Below, piece by piece: positions 9,004 through 18,300 of a stretch of DNA of 64,000 nt; position 1 is the stretch's first letter, and each line of letters opens with the position of its first letter. Made by a program: the position numbers and the translations under genes. The notes under the pieces are model-generated. The model ran no database searches. It was not told the origin of the DNA and was given only the letters and a program-made list of their open reading frames with translations. Source of the stretch: an uncultured bacterium (lineage in GTDB: Bacteria > Fermentibacterota > Fermentibacteria > Fermentibacterales > JCC-6). The stretch covers positions 144,507 through 208,506 of the forward strand of contig CAYRQP010000001.1 of NCBI GenBank assembly GCA_964426545.1, in the 5' to 3' direction.

Positions 9004-10245
9004 TTACTTATCGACTGTATAGCCGATTTCTTCGATTGCGTTTATGGCATCTTTGATATTGAATTCAGTTTCTTCTGCTGGGAATATACGGACTGTGCTC
9101 TCCGCCGATGAAGCAACTGTGCTTTTTACTCCTGGTAGTTTATTTACAGTAGTCATGATCTTGTTCTCGCAATTACCGCAGCTCATTCCAGTTACATTCA
9201 ACAGAACTGCATCATCCTCTTTCTTCGATGCAGCCTCTTGGATCATGCGTCTGCGTATATCGGCAATCAGGAAGTATGCAATTCCCAGTAGAATCAAAGG
9301 TCCGAATATGTATTCTAAAATACTGAATGGGTGACCGTTGTCTGCTGAATGCTGAAGCACTTCCGGCAGTGAGACCTTCAGGTCATTTAGAATGAGTCCG
9401 GCACCAAGGCTTGTAATTACCACGGTAAACAGATAAATCAAAAATACACGACTCCCAAAAGACTTTCGAATCACACTAATCGTAGCCACATTTGTCGCAG
9501 GACCCGCAACAAGAAACACAAGTGCACTGCCGACCGGAAATCCCGCGTGAATGAGTCCCGCTGCAATGGGTACTGAAGCCACCGAACACACATACATGGG
9601 AATTCCCACCAGGAGAGCCGCAAGAAGCCCGAGCGGTCCCTGAAGCAACTCGACATCGGCAAGCTGACCCGGCTCGATGAAAAGCATAATCAAAGCAGAA
9701 ACCGTTATGCCGAATAGAAGAGAACCATAGATGTCCCTGAAAATCGTATTGAAGGAGTATCTCCATATTCGTGCAAATTTAGAACCCCGCTCGGTAAGGA
9801 TGCACTCCTGTGCGATGTTTTCCGTGATCCCTTTGCTATCTGCTGCATCGACTATCGTCCCCCCTGCAACACCGGCTATGAGAGCCGTGATTACCTTTGC
9901 GAGAGCAATCGGAAAACCGAGAAGAGCCCATGTTACGGAGATGGAGTCCACTCCCGTCTGTGGAGTGCTTATAAAGAAGGATGTGGCGGCTCCGCGGGAA
10001 GCACCGTCACGTCTCAAACCAAGTGCAGCCGGAATGACCCCGCATGAACAGAGCGGAATTGGAATGCCCGCAAGCGTTGCTTTCAGGCAGCTGAGAAAAC
10101 CCGGTTTACCGAGATGAGAAAGTATCTTCTCCTTTTTCACGAAAACGTGAAGCAATCCGGCTATCAGAAGTCCGAGTGCAAGAGCAGGACCAAGCACCAG
10201 TGAAGTCCGCCAGAAATGATTCAGAAATTCACTCAGATACGTCAT
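9004..10245 (-). CDS. DUF318/SO_0444-type permease with C-terminal heavy-metal-associated (HMA) domain, putative Cu/Zn efflux transporter
   Basis: 413 aa multi-pass permease. The C-terminal roughly 70 aa carry a classic HMA metal-binding motif GMSCGNCENKI. Confidence 0.7.
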   Translation of the reverse strand: MTYLSEFLNHFWRTSLVLGPALALGLLIAGLLHVFVKKEKILSHLGKPGFLSCLKATLAGIPIPLCSCGVIPAALGLRRDGASRGAATSFFISTPQTGVDSISVTWALLGFPIALAKVITALIAGVAGGTIVDAADSKGITENIAQECILTERGSKFARIWRYSFNTIFRDIYGSLLFGITVSALIMLFIEPGQLADVELLQGPLGLLAALLVGIPMYVCSVASVPIAAGLIHAGFPVGSALVFLVAGPATNVATISVIRKSFGSRVFLIYLFTVVITSLGAGLILNDLKVSLPEVLQHSADNGHPFSILEYIFGPLILLGIAYFLIADIRRRMIQEAASKKEDDAVLLNVTGMSCGNCENKIMTTVNKLPGVKSTVASSAESTVRIFPAEETEFNIKDAINAIEEIGYTVDK

Positions 10246-10315
10246 TACAGAATTCTACTCCTTTGTATATAATAATACCAAGCAATATAGTATAGAATTT
10301 GGGATAGTCAAACAC

Positions 10316-10340
10316 ACTTTGTACATGTATGTCCTACATG
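10316..10340. promoter_or_regulatory. Palindrome GTACATGTA-N5-TACATGTAC upstream of the HMA-permease gene (candidate operator)
   Basis: Perfect 9-bp inverted repeat with a 5-nt spacer. It lies roughly 70-95 bp upstream of the permease start (minus strand). Its palindromic AT-rich form resembles dimeric metalloregulator operators. No U-tract follows it, so a terminator is unlikely. Confidence 0.3.
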
Positions 10341-10343
10341 TAC

Positions 10344-12200
10344 TTATCGGTGTTTTTTGATTGCGTTCTGTCTCTCTTTTTCGATGACGGTGATTTGCAG
10401 TATGAATGGATCTTCATCGATGCTTCCTTGAAGTTCAGTGAAATCATCGATTATCTTCTCAGCCCTGCTGAAATCTCTGCTCCTGCTGTCCCGGACATCC
10501 ATGAGTGTTTTTTTCCAGGAACCTGCGAGTATGTCAAGCAGTTCTTCTCGGGGGACATCGGGATAGAAATTCCGAAGGATATTTCTTTCATGCTCCCATC
10601 TGGCAGAAGGCGAACTGTCAGCCATAGGATCTTCTCCCGGGTGCTCCTCAAGTTCACGCATATACCCGCTCAGGGCATAGAAAATGATGTGGAAGCTGTA
10701 CGCTTCCACCGCTTTCTTCTTATGTATTTCGAGCATGAAGTTCCTGCCGAGTCCGGGGATTTCTTTCTCTGTATAGATATCGGCTGATTCAGCTGCGGTA
10801 AACCGCTGCAGTGCATCTATCATCCCGTTCACTATTTCGGGTTTGAATACTCCCTGATCGTTTTGCCAGAACTTAGTCCTGTCTCTTTCGATGTACTTCG
10901 CGGCATTTCTCATGACAGAGTAGAGATTATCGGACAGCACCCACCCCGGAAGTATCTGATTGTATGCAGGCGGAACACTCTCCTGTCTTTCAAACGGTTC
11001 GCAGATAAGGCTGAATGGGAATTCCACGCGCTGCGGAAGCGTTGTTACTCCGGATGCAATGATGCTGTAGGGGGCACGGGTGAAATTTGCAGGATATTTC
11101 ACAGAACATCCAAGTCCAAAGAACATACCTTCCCCGGGCTTGATACTCTGGTCGGGTAGTCTCGATGTGTGATTGCTTCCCACATTGGCGCCATAGGCGA
11201 CATTCCCCCTGCCTGTAGGCCACCAGGCGGCAATAAGAAGGGAATGATGATGCATTGCGGTAAATGGACCAACCAGAGAAGCGGTTACTTCCCCCTCCCC
11301 TATGCAGCTGTTCGGTGCGAGAAATGATGAAGCTATTTTCGCATGATTCTCGACTGTACAGCATTCCCCGATAACAGAACTTTCGACAATAGCCATCGAC
11401 TTCGCTGCTGCTCCCCATTTAAGTACTGAATTGTGAACTAGCGCACCATCCGTCGCTTCAGCTGCATGTCCATCGCTACCAAGAAGAATGGAATCCCTGA
11501 CTGCTGCGGCATTTGAAATTCGAACGGAACCACCTATGAAAGTGTTCTCTATAATCGATGTATCGAGAAGTACTGCATCGGATGAGATTATACCCTTATC
11601 TGTCTCTTTCAAACTGTCGACTAAGGAATCAACCTGCTTCTCATACAGCTCAATAATCTCGAATTTTGTGTGGCCGTTCGACAGCACTGCTGCAAGTTCC
11701 ACATCCAGCAACGGAAAACTTCTCACACACCTCTGTCCTGTTTCAACCCCGAGATGCAACATGCCGCCGCATCCGCAGACTGAACCCGGATTGTGAATGA
11801 CCCTCCCGCAGTTCTCAATATACACAGACGGAAAGATCTTCATGTTTTCGATCTTACCGCAGTGCACAATGTACGACGGACAACAGATATGCACACCCAT
11901 GAATGTAGAATATTTCATGGTCAGTTCACATGCTTCGGGTGCTGTATCAGACAATGCAGTGATTGTGACTTCTCCTGAAAAGCAGCAGTCTTCTATTCCA
12001 TCCAGCCGGATTCCGGGGGCAATCCTGACCAGAGACCAGTCGGAACATCCGTTTCCACGAGATTCAAGTTCCGATATCTGTTCATCTGAGAGAGAAGCGG
12101 TTTCGTGTTCTGATATTTCAGGAGTCAACAGGGCAAGTGTTTCATCGAACATATTTTCCAGATATTCTTTCATATCGACCTGCTTACCATTCATGTTCAT
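10344..12200 (-). CDS. Large hypothetical protein with left-handed beta-helix (hexapeptide-like) repeats, possibly DUF4954-like
   Basis: 618 aa with no TM segment. The central region has imperfect hexapeptide periodicity (SIIENTFIGGSVRISNAAAVRDSILLGSDG...). The N-terminal roughly 190 aa are Cys-rich. Family assignment is from memory only. Confidence 0.4.
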   Translation of the reverse strand: MNMNGKQVDMKEYLENMFDETLALLTPEISEHETASLSDEQISELESRGNGCSDWSLVRIAPGIRLDGIEDCCFSGEVTITALSDTAPEACELTMKYSTFMGVHICCPSYIVHCGKIENMKIFPSVYIENCGRVIHNPGSVCGCGGMLHLGVETGQRCVRSFPLLDVELAAVLSNGHTKFEIIELYEKQVDSLVDSLKETDKGIISSDAVLLDTSIIENTFIGGSVRISNAAAVRDSILLGSDGHAAEATDGALVHNSVLKWGAAAKSMAIVESSVIGECCTVENHAKIASSFLAPNSCIGEGEVTASLVGPFTAMHHHSLLIAAWWPTGRGNVAYGANVGSNHTSRLPDQSIKPGEGMFFGLGCSVKYPANFTRAPYSIIASGVTTLPQRVEFPFSLICEPFERQESVPPAYNQILPGWVLSDNLYSVMRNAAKYIERDRTKFWQNDQGVFKPEIVNGMIDALQRFTAAESADIYTEKEIPGLGRNFMLEIHKKKAVEAYSFHIIFYALSGYMRELEEHPGEDPMADSSPSARWEHERNILRNFYPDVPREELLDILAGSWKKTLMDVRDSRSRDFSRAEKIIDDFTELQGSIDEDPFILQITVIEKERQNAIKKHR

Positions 12201-13158
12201 CCACTATTTCGATTACTTCCCTTTTTTCTTTATCTATGAATGCTCTCAGGTTCCTAAAAGTCCTGTCGAGCCGTTCGACTGTGCGTCCGTGCCCTTCGTC
12301 ACCCTCTTCTACCTGCAAACCAATGTGGGGTGTTAGTATTGTGTTGGGTGCATGCAGTATTCTCTTTCCGGGAAGCGGCGGCTCTGTCTCGAATACATCG
12401 AGACCTGCCCCGGCAAGTCTTCCTGTCTCGAGAGCTCTGGCAAGTGCATCTGTATCGATGAGCTTCCCGCCTGTTACATTGATAAGAATTGCTGTTCTCT
12501 TCATCCTGGCAAGTTCAGGGTAACTGATGAGAGCACCACCGCCGTCAGACGGGAGTTCTGCGTGAAGCGTGACAATGTCTGACTCTGCAAGCAGTTCATC
12601 GAATCCGACCCATTTCACCCCATGGGGTGCCATTTCCGGATTCCTTTCCTTTGCAGCACACAGTAGGCGACAGCCTGCTGCTGCATAAAGACTCGCAGAT
12701 GAAACTGCCGATGGAAGTTCTCCGACGATTCCGACAGTCCTGCCGAACAGTTTCTTTCCGACTTCGCGCATTTCCCACTTACTGGTTCTAACGGCAGTAT
12801 CTGAAGCCTTGAGTTTGCGCAGAAGACTCATTGCATGAAGAAGGTCGAGTTCGGCAAGCGGCATGGGGTCGCTGCAGGGAACACTTGTCACCTTCACGGA
12901 GCACTCCACGGCTGCTTCCATATCGATGTTGTCGGTTCTGTCATTGGAGACTGCTATGAAAACAAGTTTCGAGTCGAGAATCATGTTTCTTGTTACAGAA
13001 ACATGTCTGACCACGGCATATTTTGTCTTCTGGGGAATTGTCCCCTTGCCGCCCTCATACCACACCGGTGAATAATCACCGGGCATTACAGCCTTGAAAC
13101 GTTCGAGGATAACCTTCTTTTCAGCACCGAGGTCATCCAGAATTACTACTTTAGGCAT
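12184..13158 (-). CDS. D-isomer-specific 2-hydroxyacid dehydrogenase-fold protein with degenerate NAD and catalytic motifs
   Basis: 324 aa alignable to PGDH/2-HADH (…ILINVTGGKLIDTDAL…AGLDVFETEPP…TPHIG). GIVGELPSA replaces GxGxxG, and LINVTGG replaces LIN(A/T)(S/A)RG. Confidence 0.7.
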   Translation of the reverse strand: MPKVVILDDLGAEKKVILERFKAVMPGDYSPVWYEGGKGTIPQKTKYAVVRHVSVTRNMILDSKLVFIAVSNDRTDNIDMEAAVECSVKVTSVPCSDPMPLAELDLLHAMSLLRKLKASDTAVRTSKWEMREVGKKLFGRTVGIVGELPSAVSSASLYAAAGCRLLCAAKERNPEMAPHGVKWVGFDELLAESDIVTLHAELPSDGGGALISYPELARMKRTAILINVTGGKLIDTDALARALETGRLAGAGLDVFETEPPLPGKRILHAPNTILTPHIGLQVEEGDEGHGRTVERLDRTFRNLRAFIDKEKREVIEIVDEHEW

Positions 13159-13167
13159 AAAATCACC

Positions 13168-14661
13168 TTAATCCAATTGCGCCAGAAGTTCGAGAAAGAA
13201 CTTCCAGAATCTATTGACTGAGTCTATATTTACCCGTTCACCAGGTACATGTACGTCTCTTATGTCAGGACCTATCGATATCATATCCAGTCCGGGCATC
13301 TTCTCGCCGATGAGACCGCATTCGAGTCCAGCATGAATGGCTTCCACATTAGGTTCGCTTCCGAAAACATCTTCACATACTTTCCCCGCAACAGCAAGGA
13401 TCTTCGATGAACGGTCAGGCATCCATCCCGGATAGGCATCACCGACTTCAAACCTGCATCCCGCAAGTTCAGCGATAGCACCTACGCTATCACAGACAGT
13501 GTCCTTAGCACTTCTGAAAGGACTGCGAGCCGAAAAAGAAATTGTTAATTTATCACTCTCAGTTGAAACAATAGCCATATTCAGAGATGTTTCAACAAGC
13601 GGTTCTTTCTTAGTAAAATCTCTACCTTCCATTTCACTCTTATCATCATCCTTCTTCACACCCATCATTTTAACGACTCCGTGTGGAAGTGCGAGAAGAA
13701 GATTGATGACCTTCTTTGAAGAGTCTGCTGTAAAGGGAATATCACTGTTTCCCGATGACAGAACACGTATGGCGATATTGTCATCGATAAATGAATACTC
13801 ATTTAGAAGTTCGTTATTTACTTCACCGATTATCCTGCGAATGCTCTCTTGTCCGGCATCCGAGGTTATCACAGATTTTGCATCTCTCGGAATGGCATTT
13901 CTTTTCTGCCCGGACGCAAAACTCACAATCCCTACTTCATGTTCCCGCATCACCGCCTTGATTGCGCGTGCCAACACCTTTACTGCACTTGCCCGGTTCT
14001 TTACAATTTCCATTCCGGAGTGCCCGCCAAGAAGCCCGCTTACTTCAATGGTGAAAGAAGGTTTTGCGGTATCGGAACGTACGAGTTCATCGGACACGAT
14101 GAAATCAACACCCCCTGCACAGCCGATTGTAATCGCATTTTCCTCTTCGGAATCGAGATTAATCATTCTCCGTGCATCGAACCAATCCGGGTCTAACTCC
14201 GCAGCTCCTGTAAGGCCGCGCTCTTCATCTGTCGTGAACAGACATTCGAGCGGCGGATGAATTATATTGGTTGAATCGAGGACTGCAAGCATTATGGCAA
14301 CGCCGATCCCGTTATCAGCACCGAGAGTTGTCTCTTTTGCCGTTACCCAACCGTCTTCGATTTCGAGTTCGATGGAATCATTCAGAAAATCATGTGTTGA
14401 TGAAGATAGTTTCTCTGCTACAATATCGACATGCGCTTGAAGCATGAGCGGTAATCGGGACGCAGAGATTCCCCTGCTCGGGACGGTGATGAGAACATTA
14501 TCAACTTCATCCCGTTTGTATTGAAACTGCCTGTTCTCTGCAAACTTCACCAGCATGTCAGCCATCATCTTCTCATGTCCGGAGGAACGGGGTATCCGGC
14601 ATATTGTCTCGAACCAGTGCCAGAGCAGTTTTGGTTCGAGGTCCTTTAATACTTCCTTCAT
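13168..14661 (-). CDS. pepD: Aminoacyl-histidine dipeptidase (Xaa-His dipeptidase, M20C)
   Basis: 497 aa. N-terminal LEPKLLWHWFETICRIPRSSGHEK and metal-binding HVDIV / DNGIG motifs are typical of PepD. Confidence 0.85.
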   Translation of the reverse strand: MKEVLKDLEPKLLWHWFETICRIPRSSGHEKMMADMLVKFAENRQFQYKRDEVDNVLITVPSRGISASRLPLMLQAHVDIVAEKLSSSTHDFLNDSIELEIEDGWVTAKETTLGADNGIGVAIMLAVLDSTNIIHPPLECLFTTDEERGLTGAAELDPDWFDARRMINLDSEEENAITIGCAGGVDFIVSDELVRSDTAKPSFTIEVSGLLGGHSGMEIVKNRASAVKVLARAIKAVMREHEVGIVSFASGQKRNAIPRDAKSVITSDAGQESIRRIIGEVNNELLNEYSFIDDNIAIRVLSSGNSDIPFTADSSKKVINLLLALPHGVVKMMGVKKDDDKSEMEGRDFTKKEPLVETSLNMAIVSTESDKLTISFSARSPFRSAKDTVCDSVGAIAELAGCRFEVGDAYPGWMPDRSSKILAVAGKVCEDVFGSEPNVEAIHAGLECGLIGEKMPGLDMISIGPDIRDVHVPGERVNIDSVNRFWKFFLELLAQLD

Positions 14662-15356
14662 TGTTTCCCCTTTCTCTTGAATCCCCGCATAAAATAACCA
14701 AAAAATGTCCGGCCTGCATCCAGCGAAGGACTGCCTTCAAGGACTTTGTTCACATCAATCCCATGTCCCTCGAAAAGTACACGGTCGTTTTCTATCAGTT
14801 TATTTCCCGCCGCAAGGTCGAACTCGGGATGAAACTGTACACTGAACAGATTAAACCGTTTATTCATGAATGCCTGAATCTCCGTGTGTGAATTCGTCAA
14901 TACAATCTCTGAGCCTTCCGGAAGCATAGTCACTTCATCGAAATGTGACTCGAAGATTCGGCATCCGTCAAGTATCTCATCAATCACAAGCGAACTGCCG
15001 CATAACCCGACATGATTCCATCCGACTTCTGGTCCATTAACACACTTCCGAACAGCAGACATTCCGCATAGTGCCCTGCAAAGAAGTTGATGCCCGTAGC
15101 AGATTCCCATCTGGGCAATTCCAAGTTCTATGCATCTATGAATGAGTACTTCGGCTTCAGGGAAGAATTCTGCATCTTTGCAGATACTCAGGGCGGAGCC
15201 GGTGTGAATCACATGTGTGTAGTTATTTACATCGGGAATCTGTCCGCCATGATAGACAAAGACACCTGATACAGGGGTTTCCTGAATATATTTTTTAACA
15301 TAGTCAGTTTCAGACTTATCGGTGGAATAATCGAGAATGAGTACAGAAGGTTTCAT
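14658..15356 (-). CDS. Class I glutamine amidotransferase-like protein
   Basis: 232 aa with catalytic GxCxGxQ (MGICYGHQ) and C-terminal HPE (VQFHPEFD). Overlaps the pepD start by 4 nt. Confidence 0.7.
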   Translation of the reverse strand: MKPSVLILDYSTDKSETDYVKKYIQETPVSGVFVYHGGQIPDVNNYTHVIHTGSALSICKDAEFFPEAEVLIHRCIELGIAQMGICYGHQLLCRALCGMSAVRKCVNGPEVGWNHVGLCGSSLVIDEILDGCRIFESHFDEVTMLPEGSEIVLTNSHTEIQAFMNKRFNLFSVQFHPEFDLAAGNKLIENDRVLFEGHGIDVNKVLEGSPSLDAGRTFFGYFMRGFKRKGKQ

Positions 15357-15398
15357 ACGGGTAATCAGCTCCTCTACTCACTCGGTATGTCGAAGGTG

Positions 15399-15857
15399 TC
15401 AGACATCCCCGTCTTCTATTTCGATCAGGTAACTGATCTCCACAGCTTCCTTGAGCATTGCAGTAATGCTGCAGTACTTAGTATGTGAGAGCTGTATGGC
15501 TTCATTCAGTACATCTTTGGAGAGATTCCTGCCCTTGAAATGATATATGATTTCGATTGACCTGTAGATAACCGGGTGCATCTCCGTAAGTTCTCCGTCT
15601 GCAGTTACCTGAAGTTCGTATTTCTTCTTCATCTCATTGCCGAGAATAGAAACCACATCCATTCCGGTACACCCGACAAGCGAACAGAGCAGCAACTGCT
15701 TCGGAATTATACCCATGTCTCTTCCGCCGTAGATTTCAGGACCGTCGAGTATAATCTTATGACCATCGACATTCATCTGAAATGTCAGTCCCCCGAGCCA
15801 TGTTCCCTGACTGCTGAATTTCTTACCCATGTTACCCCCCTTGATGAGTTTCAGCAT
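15399..15857 (-). CDS. OsmC-family peroxiredoxin-like protein
   Basis: 152 aa with the two conserved Cys regions typical of OsmC/Ohr (CSLVGCTGMD ... HTKYCSITAML). Confidence 0.8.
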   Translation of the reverse strand: MLKLIKGGNMGKKFSSQGTWLGGLTFQMNVDGHKIILDGPEIYGGRDMGIIPKQLLLCSLVGCTGMDVVSILGNEMKKKYELQVTADGELTEMHPVIYRSIEIIYHFKGRNLSKDVLNEAIQLSHTKYCSITAMLKEAVEISYLIEIEDGDV

Positions 15858-15928
15858 ATCTATCCATTTTTGTTATATAATACATTGATGTCAAATTGAA
15901 CATAGTCTCTTTGATGTTCGTGGCTTGA

Positions 15929-16975
15929 ATGGAGAAGGTATTGAAAGTCAAAGCAGTGCTTGTTAGCTATCTGATTCGCTCTCATAGATTCCCCTGGATT
16001 CGCTTCCGCGGGAACAGATTCCTCAACATACGCATGGATACAACAAACAAATGTAATCTCAGATGTTCCATGTGCCCGATGCAACTCTCCGACAAGGACC
16101 CTGAGCGGCAGTGGCATGACATCTCTCCGGAGCTCTTCAGTAAGATAGCTGAAGATGTTTTCCCGAAAGCAAGTTCAGTGAGTCTCTCATGTGGTGCGGA
16201 ACCTTTCATGAACCCGGATTTCCCCGAGTATATGAGAATCCTGTATGAATATGATGTCCCCATCCGCGAACTTGTTACGAACGGAATAATGCTCACAGAA
16301 GAAATGTCGGACAGAATTATCGAGACTCCGCCGACTTCTCTCTTCGTATCGATAGACGGAGCAACACCGGCAACTCATTCAAGAATTCGCGGCGGAGCAG
16401 ACCTGAATGCAATAATATCCAATCTGAAGTACCTCTCGACACAAAAGGCAATTCGAAAACTGAAATTCCCGAAGATATCTTTCAGTGTAACTCTCCAGAG
16501 AAAGAACATTGCAGAGTTAAGCTGCATCGTCGAACTCGCAAAAGATGCAGGTGCAGATTCTGTGGCATTCGTCCCTCTCGTTCCCTATGAAGGGCTGGAT
16601 ATCTCCTCTGAAGTAATCGAAATGAACTCCGAAGAAGTCGAATCCGAGATTGACAGAGCTTCCACTCTTGCGAAGCAGGCAAGTATCATCCTCTCGGTCG
16701 CCCAGGGTGGTGATGTGCGCTCCGGTGCGGGCTGCCCGTATCTCTCCGGCTGGATGTTCATCGACCCGGACGGCAAGGTGAACCCCTGCCCCTATTGGAA
16801 TACTTCCGACCCGATCGGAAACTTCACCGATGATGACTTCGAAACCATCTGGACTGGAAAACGCTATTCGGACCTTCGGGGAAATACTGACAGCGGAACT
16901 TTCTCCGGAACATGTTCTTCCTGCCCCGAACGGACTGAAAGTGACGGCGCCGAGATAAGGTGCCAGGACACTTAA
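15929..16975 (+). CDS. Radical SAM protein with C-terminal SPASM-type auxiliary cluster domain
   Basis: CNLRCSMCP (CxxxCxxC) near the N-terminus and a Cys-rich C-terminus (CPYLSGWMFIDPDGKVNPCPYW ... CSSCPE). The start could instead be the internal Met at about 16034. The last roughly 6 codons run into the inverted-repeat arm. Confidence 0.8.
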   Translation: MEKVLKVKAVLVSYLIRSHRFPWIRFRGNRFLNIRMDTTNKCNLRCSMCPMQLSDKDPERQWHDISPELFSKIAEDVFPKASSVSLSCGAEPFMNPDFPEYMRILYEYDVPIRELVTNGIMLTEEMSDRIIETPPTSLFVSIDGATPATHSRIRGGADLNAIISNLKYLSTQKAIRKLKFPKISFSVTLQRKNIAELSCIVELAKDAGADSVAFVPLVPYEGLDISSEVIEMNSEEVESEIDRASTLAKQASIILSVAQGGDVRSGAGCPYLSGWMFIDPDGKVNPCPYWNTSDPIGNFTDDDFETIWTGKRYSDLRGNTDSGTFSGTCSSCPERTESDGAEIRCQDT

Positions 16976-17036
16976 CTATTCTTAAGCTATAGCATACGTC
17001 ACTCAATAATTAAGTGTCCTGGCACCTTATCTCCCT
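16955..17036. repeat. Perfect 17-bp inverted repeat GGTGCCAGGACACTTAA ... TTAAGTGTCCTGGCACC with a 34-nt loop between convergent genes
   Basis: Seen directly in the sequence. The arms extend both convergent ORFs, so both end in the identical peptide IRCQDT. No U-tract follows on either strand. Confidence 0.75.
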
Positions 17037-18242
17037 GCCCCAGATCTTGAGTGTTTCGAAAAGGATGGAGACAGATAGTTCCATTCCTTCGACGGCAATC
17101 CACTCGCGCCTTGAGTGATACTGTTCTCCGCCTGTTGGCAGGTTGACGGTCGGCACCCCCATAAAGGACAGGCGGGATCCATCGGTTCCCCCCCTTATGC
17201 TGCTTTCAACTGCGGGGACTCCAGCCTTCTTCGAACCTTCGAGTGCATAGTCGATGAGTCTACGGTCGACTTTGAGAATATCACGGGGGTTTTGATACTG
17301 CTCCTTCAGTTCTAGTTTTATTTTCGCATCAGGGTACACGAATTGTACTTTATCCAGGATTGCTTTCATCCGTTCTCTTCTTTTTTCCATACCGCTTGAT
17401 GTAAAGTCGCGGAGAAGCATTTTTATTTCAGCGGAAGCTGTCGTTCCGGATATCTTCATCGGGTAGTCATACCCCTCTTCACCCTCGCTCTTCTCAGGCA
17501 TCTCATTCGGGAGGAGTTCCTTCAATATGTCACCGGCAACGCGAACTGCATTTATCATAACGCCTTTGGCTTTTCCCGGATGCACTTCCCTGCCTTTTAT
17601 CTTCCAGACAGCGGATACTGCAGTAAATGTCTGAGTGTCGATTCTTCCCATCGGGCCGCCGTCTACGGTGTAGGCAAAGTCCGCATTCAGTATTTTGGTG
17701 TCGAATCCGTCCATTCCCCTTCCGATCTCCTCATCAGTCGTGAATGCAATGCGAATTTTAGGTCGAGTAAGGGAAGAATTAGCAAGCAGTCTCGAACATG
17801 TTTCCATTATTACAGCGACACCTGCCTTGTCATCCGCACCAAGCAGTGTGGTGCCGTCTGATGTGAGAATGCTGCCGCCTTTGTAGCGCATCATGTCGGT
17901 CGACCTTGCAGGGTCTATGATCACACTGTTCCTGAGTTCGATAGCCTTGCCATCCCAGTTTTCGTGAATAACCGGCTTTATATTCTTTCCCGGTGCGTCC
18001 GGTGCAGTATCCACATGAGCGAGTAGGGCTATGGTCTCTCCCTCTATTCCCCCGGGGAGTGTCGCAAAGAGAGTTCCGTTTTCATCCAGGTGAATCTCTT
18101 CGAGTCCCATTGCTTTGAGTTCCTTCTCGAGTACTGCCAGAAAGTTTATCTGACGGGGTGTAGACGGGAGACTCTGTGATGATTCATCGGGAGTCGTGTC
18201 GATTCGAACATATTTCAGAAATCTGTCAATAAGTGCGTGCAT
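17010..18242 (-). CDS. pepT: Peptidase T (tripeptide aminopeptidase, M20B)
   Basis: 410 aa. N-terminal MHALIDRFLKYVRIDTTPDE plus HVDTAPD / DDKAGVA metal-site motifs match PepT. Confidence 0.85.
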   Translation of the reverse strand: MHALIDRFLKYVRIDTTPDESSQSLPSTPRQINFLAVLEKELKAMGLEEIHLDENGTLFATLPGGIEGETIALLAHVDTAPDAPGKNIKPVIHENWDGKAIELRNSVIIDPARSTDMMRYKGGSILTSDGTTLLGADDKAGVAVIMETCSRLLANSSLTRPKIRIAFTTDEEIGRGMDGFDTKILNADFAYTVDGGPMGRIDTQTFTAVSAVWKIKGREVHPGKAKGVMINAVRVAGDILKELLPNEMPEKSEGEEGYDYPMKISGTTASAEIKMLLRDFTSSGMEKRRERMKAILDKVQFVYPDAKIKLELKEQYQNPRDILKVDRRLIDYALEGSKKAGVPAVESSIRGGTDGSRLSFMGVPTVNLPTGGEQYHSRREWIAVEGMELSVSILFETLKIWGREIRCQDT

Positions 18243-18300
18243 TTTTATCCTTTCAGAGTTTAATACATTGTACTATATATACTCAAAGATATAATCGGTT

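Noticed and set aside
16955-17036. Shared C-terminal peptide IRCQDT on the rSAM and PepT proteins as a possible sorting or recognition tag
   Set aside because: It is fully explained by both ORFs reading through the two arms of a perfect inverted repeat. It is a nucleotide-level feature, not a protein motif.
16955-17036. Calling the inverted repeat a bidirectional rho-independent terminator
   Set aside because: No U-rich tract follows the stem on either strand and the loop is 34 nt, so I kept it as a repeat or RNA structure of unknown function.
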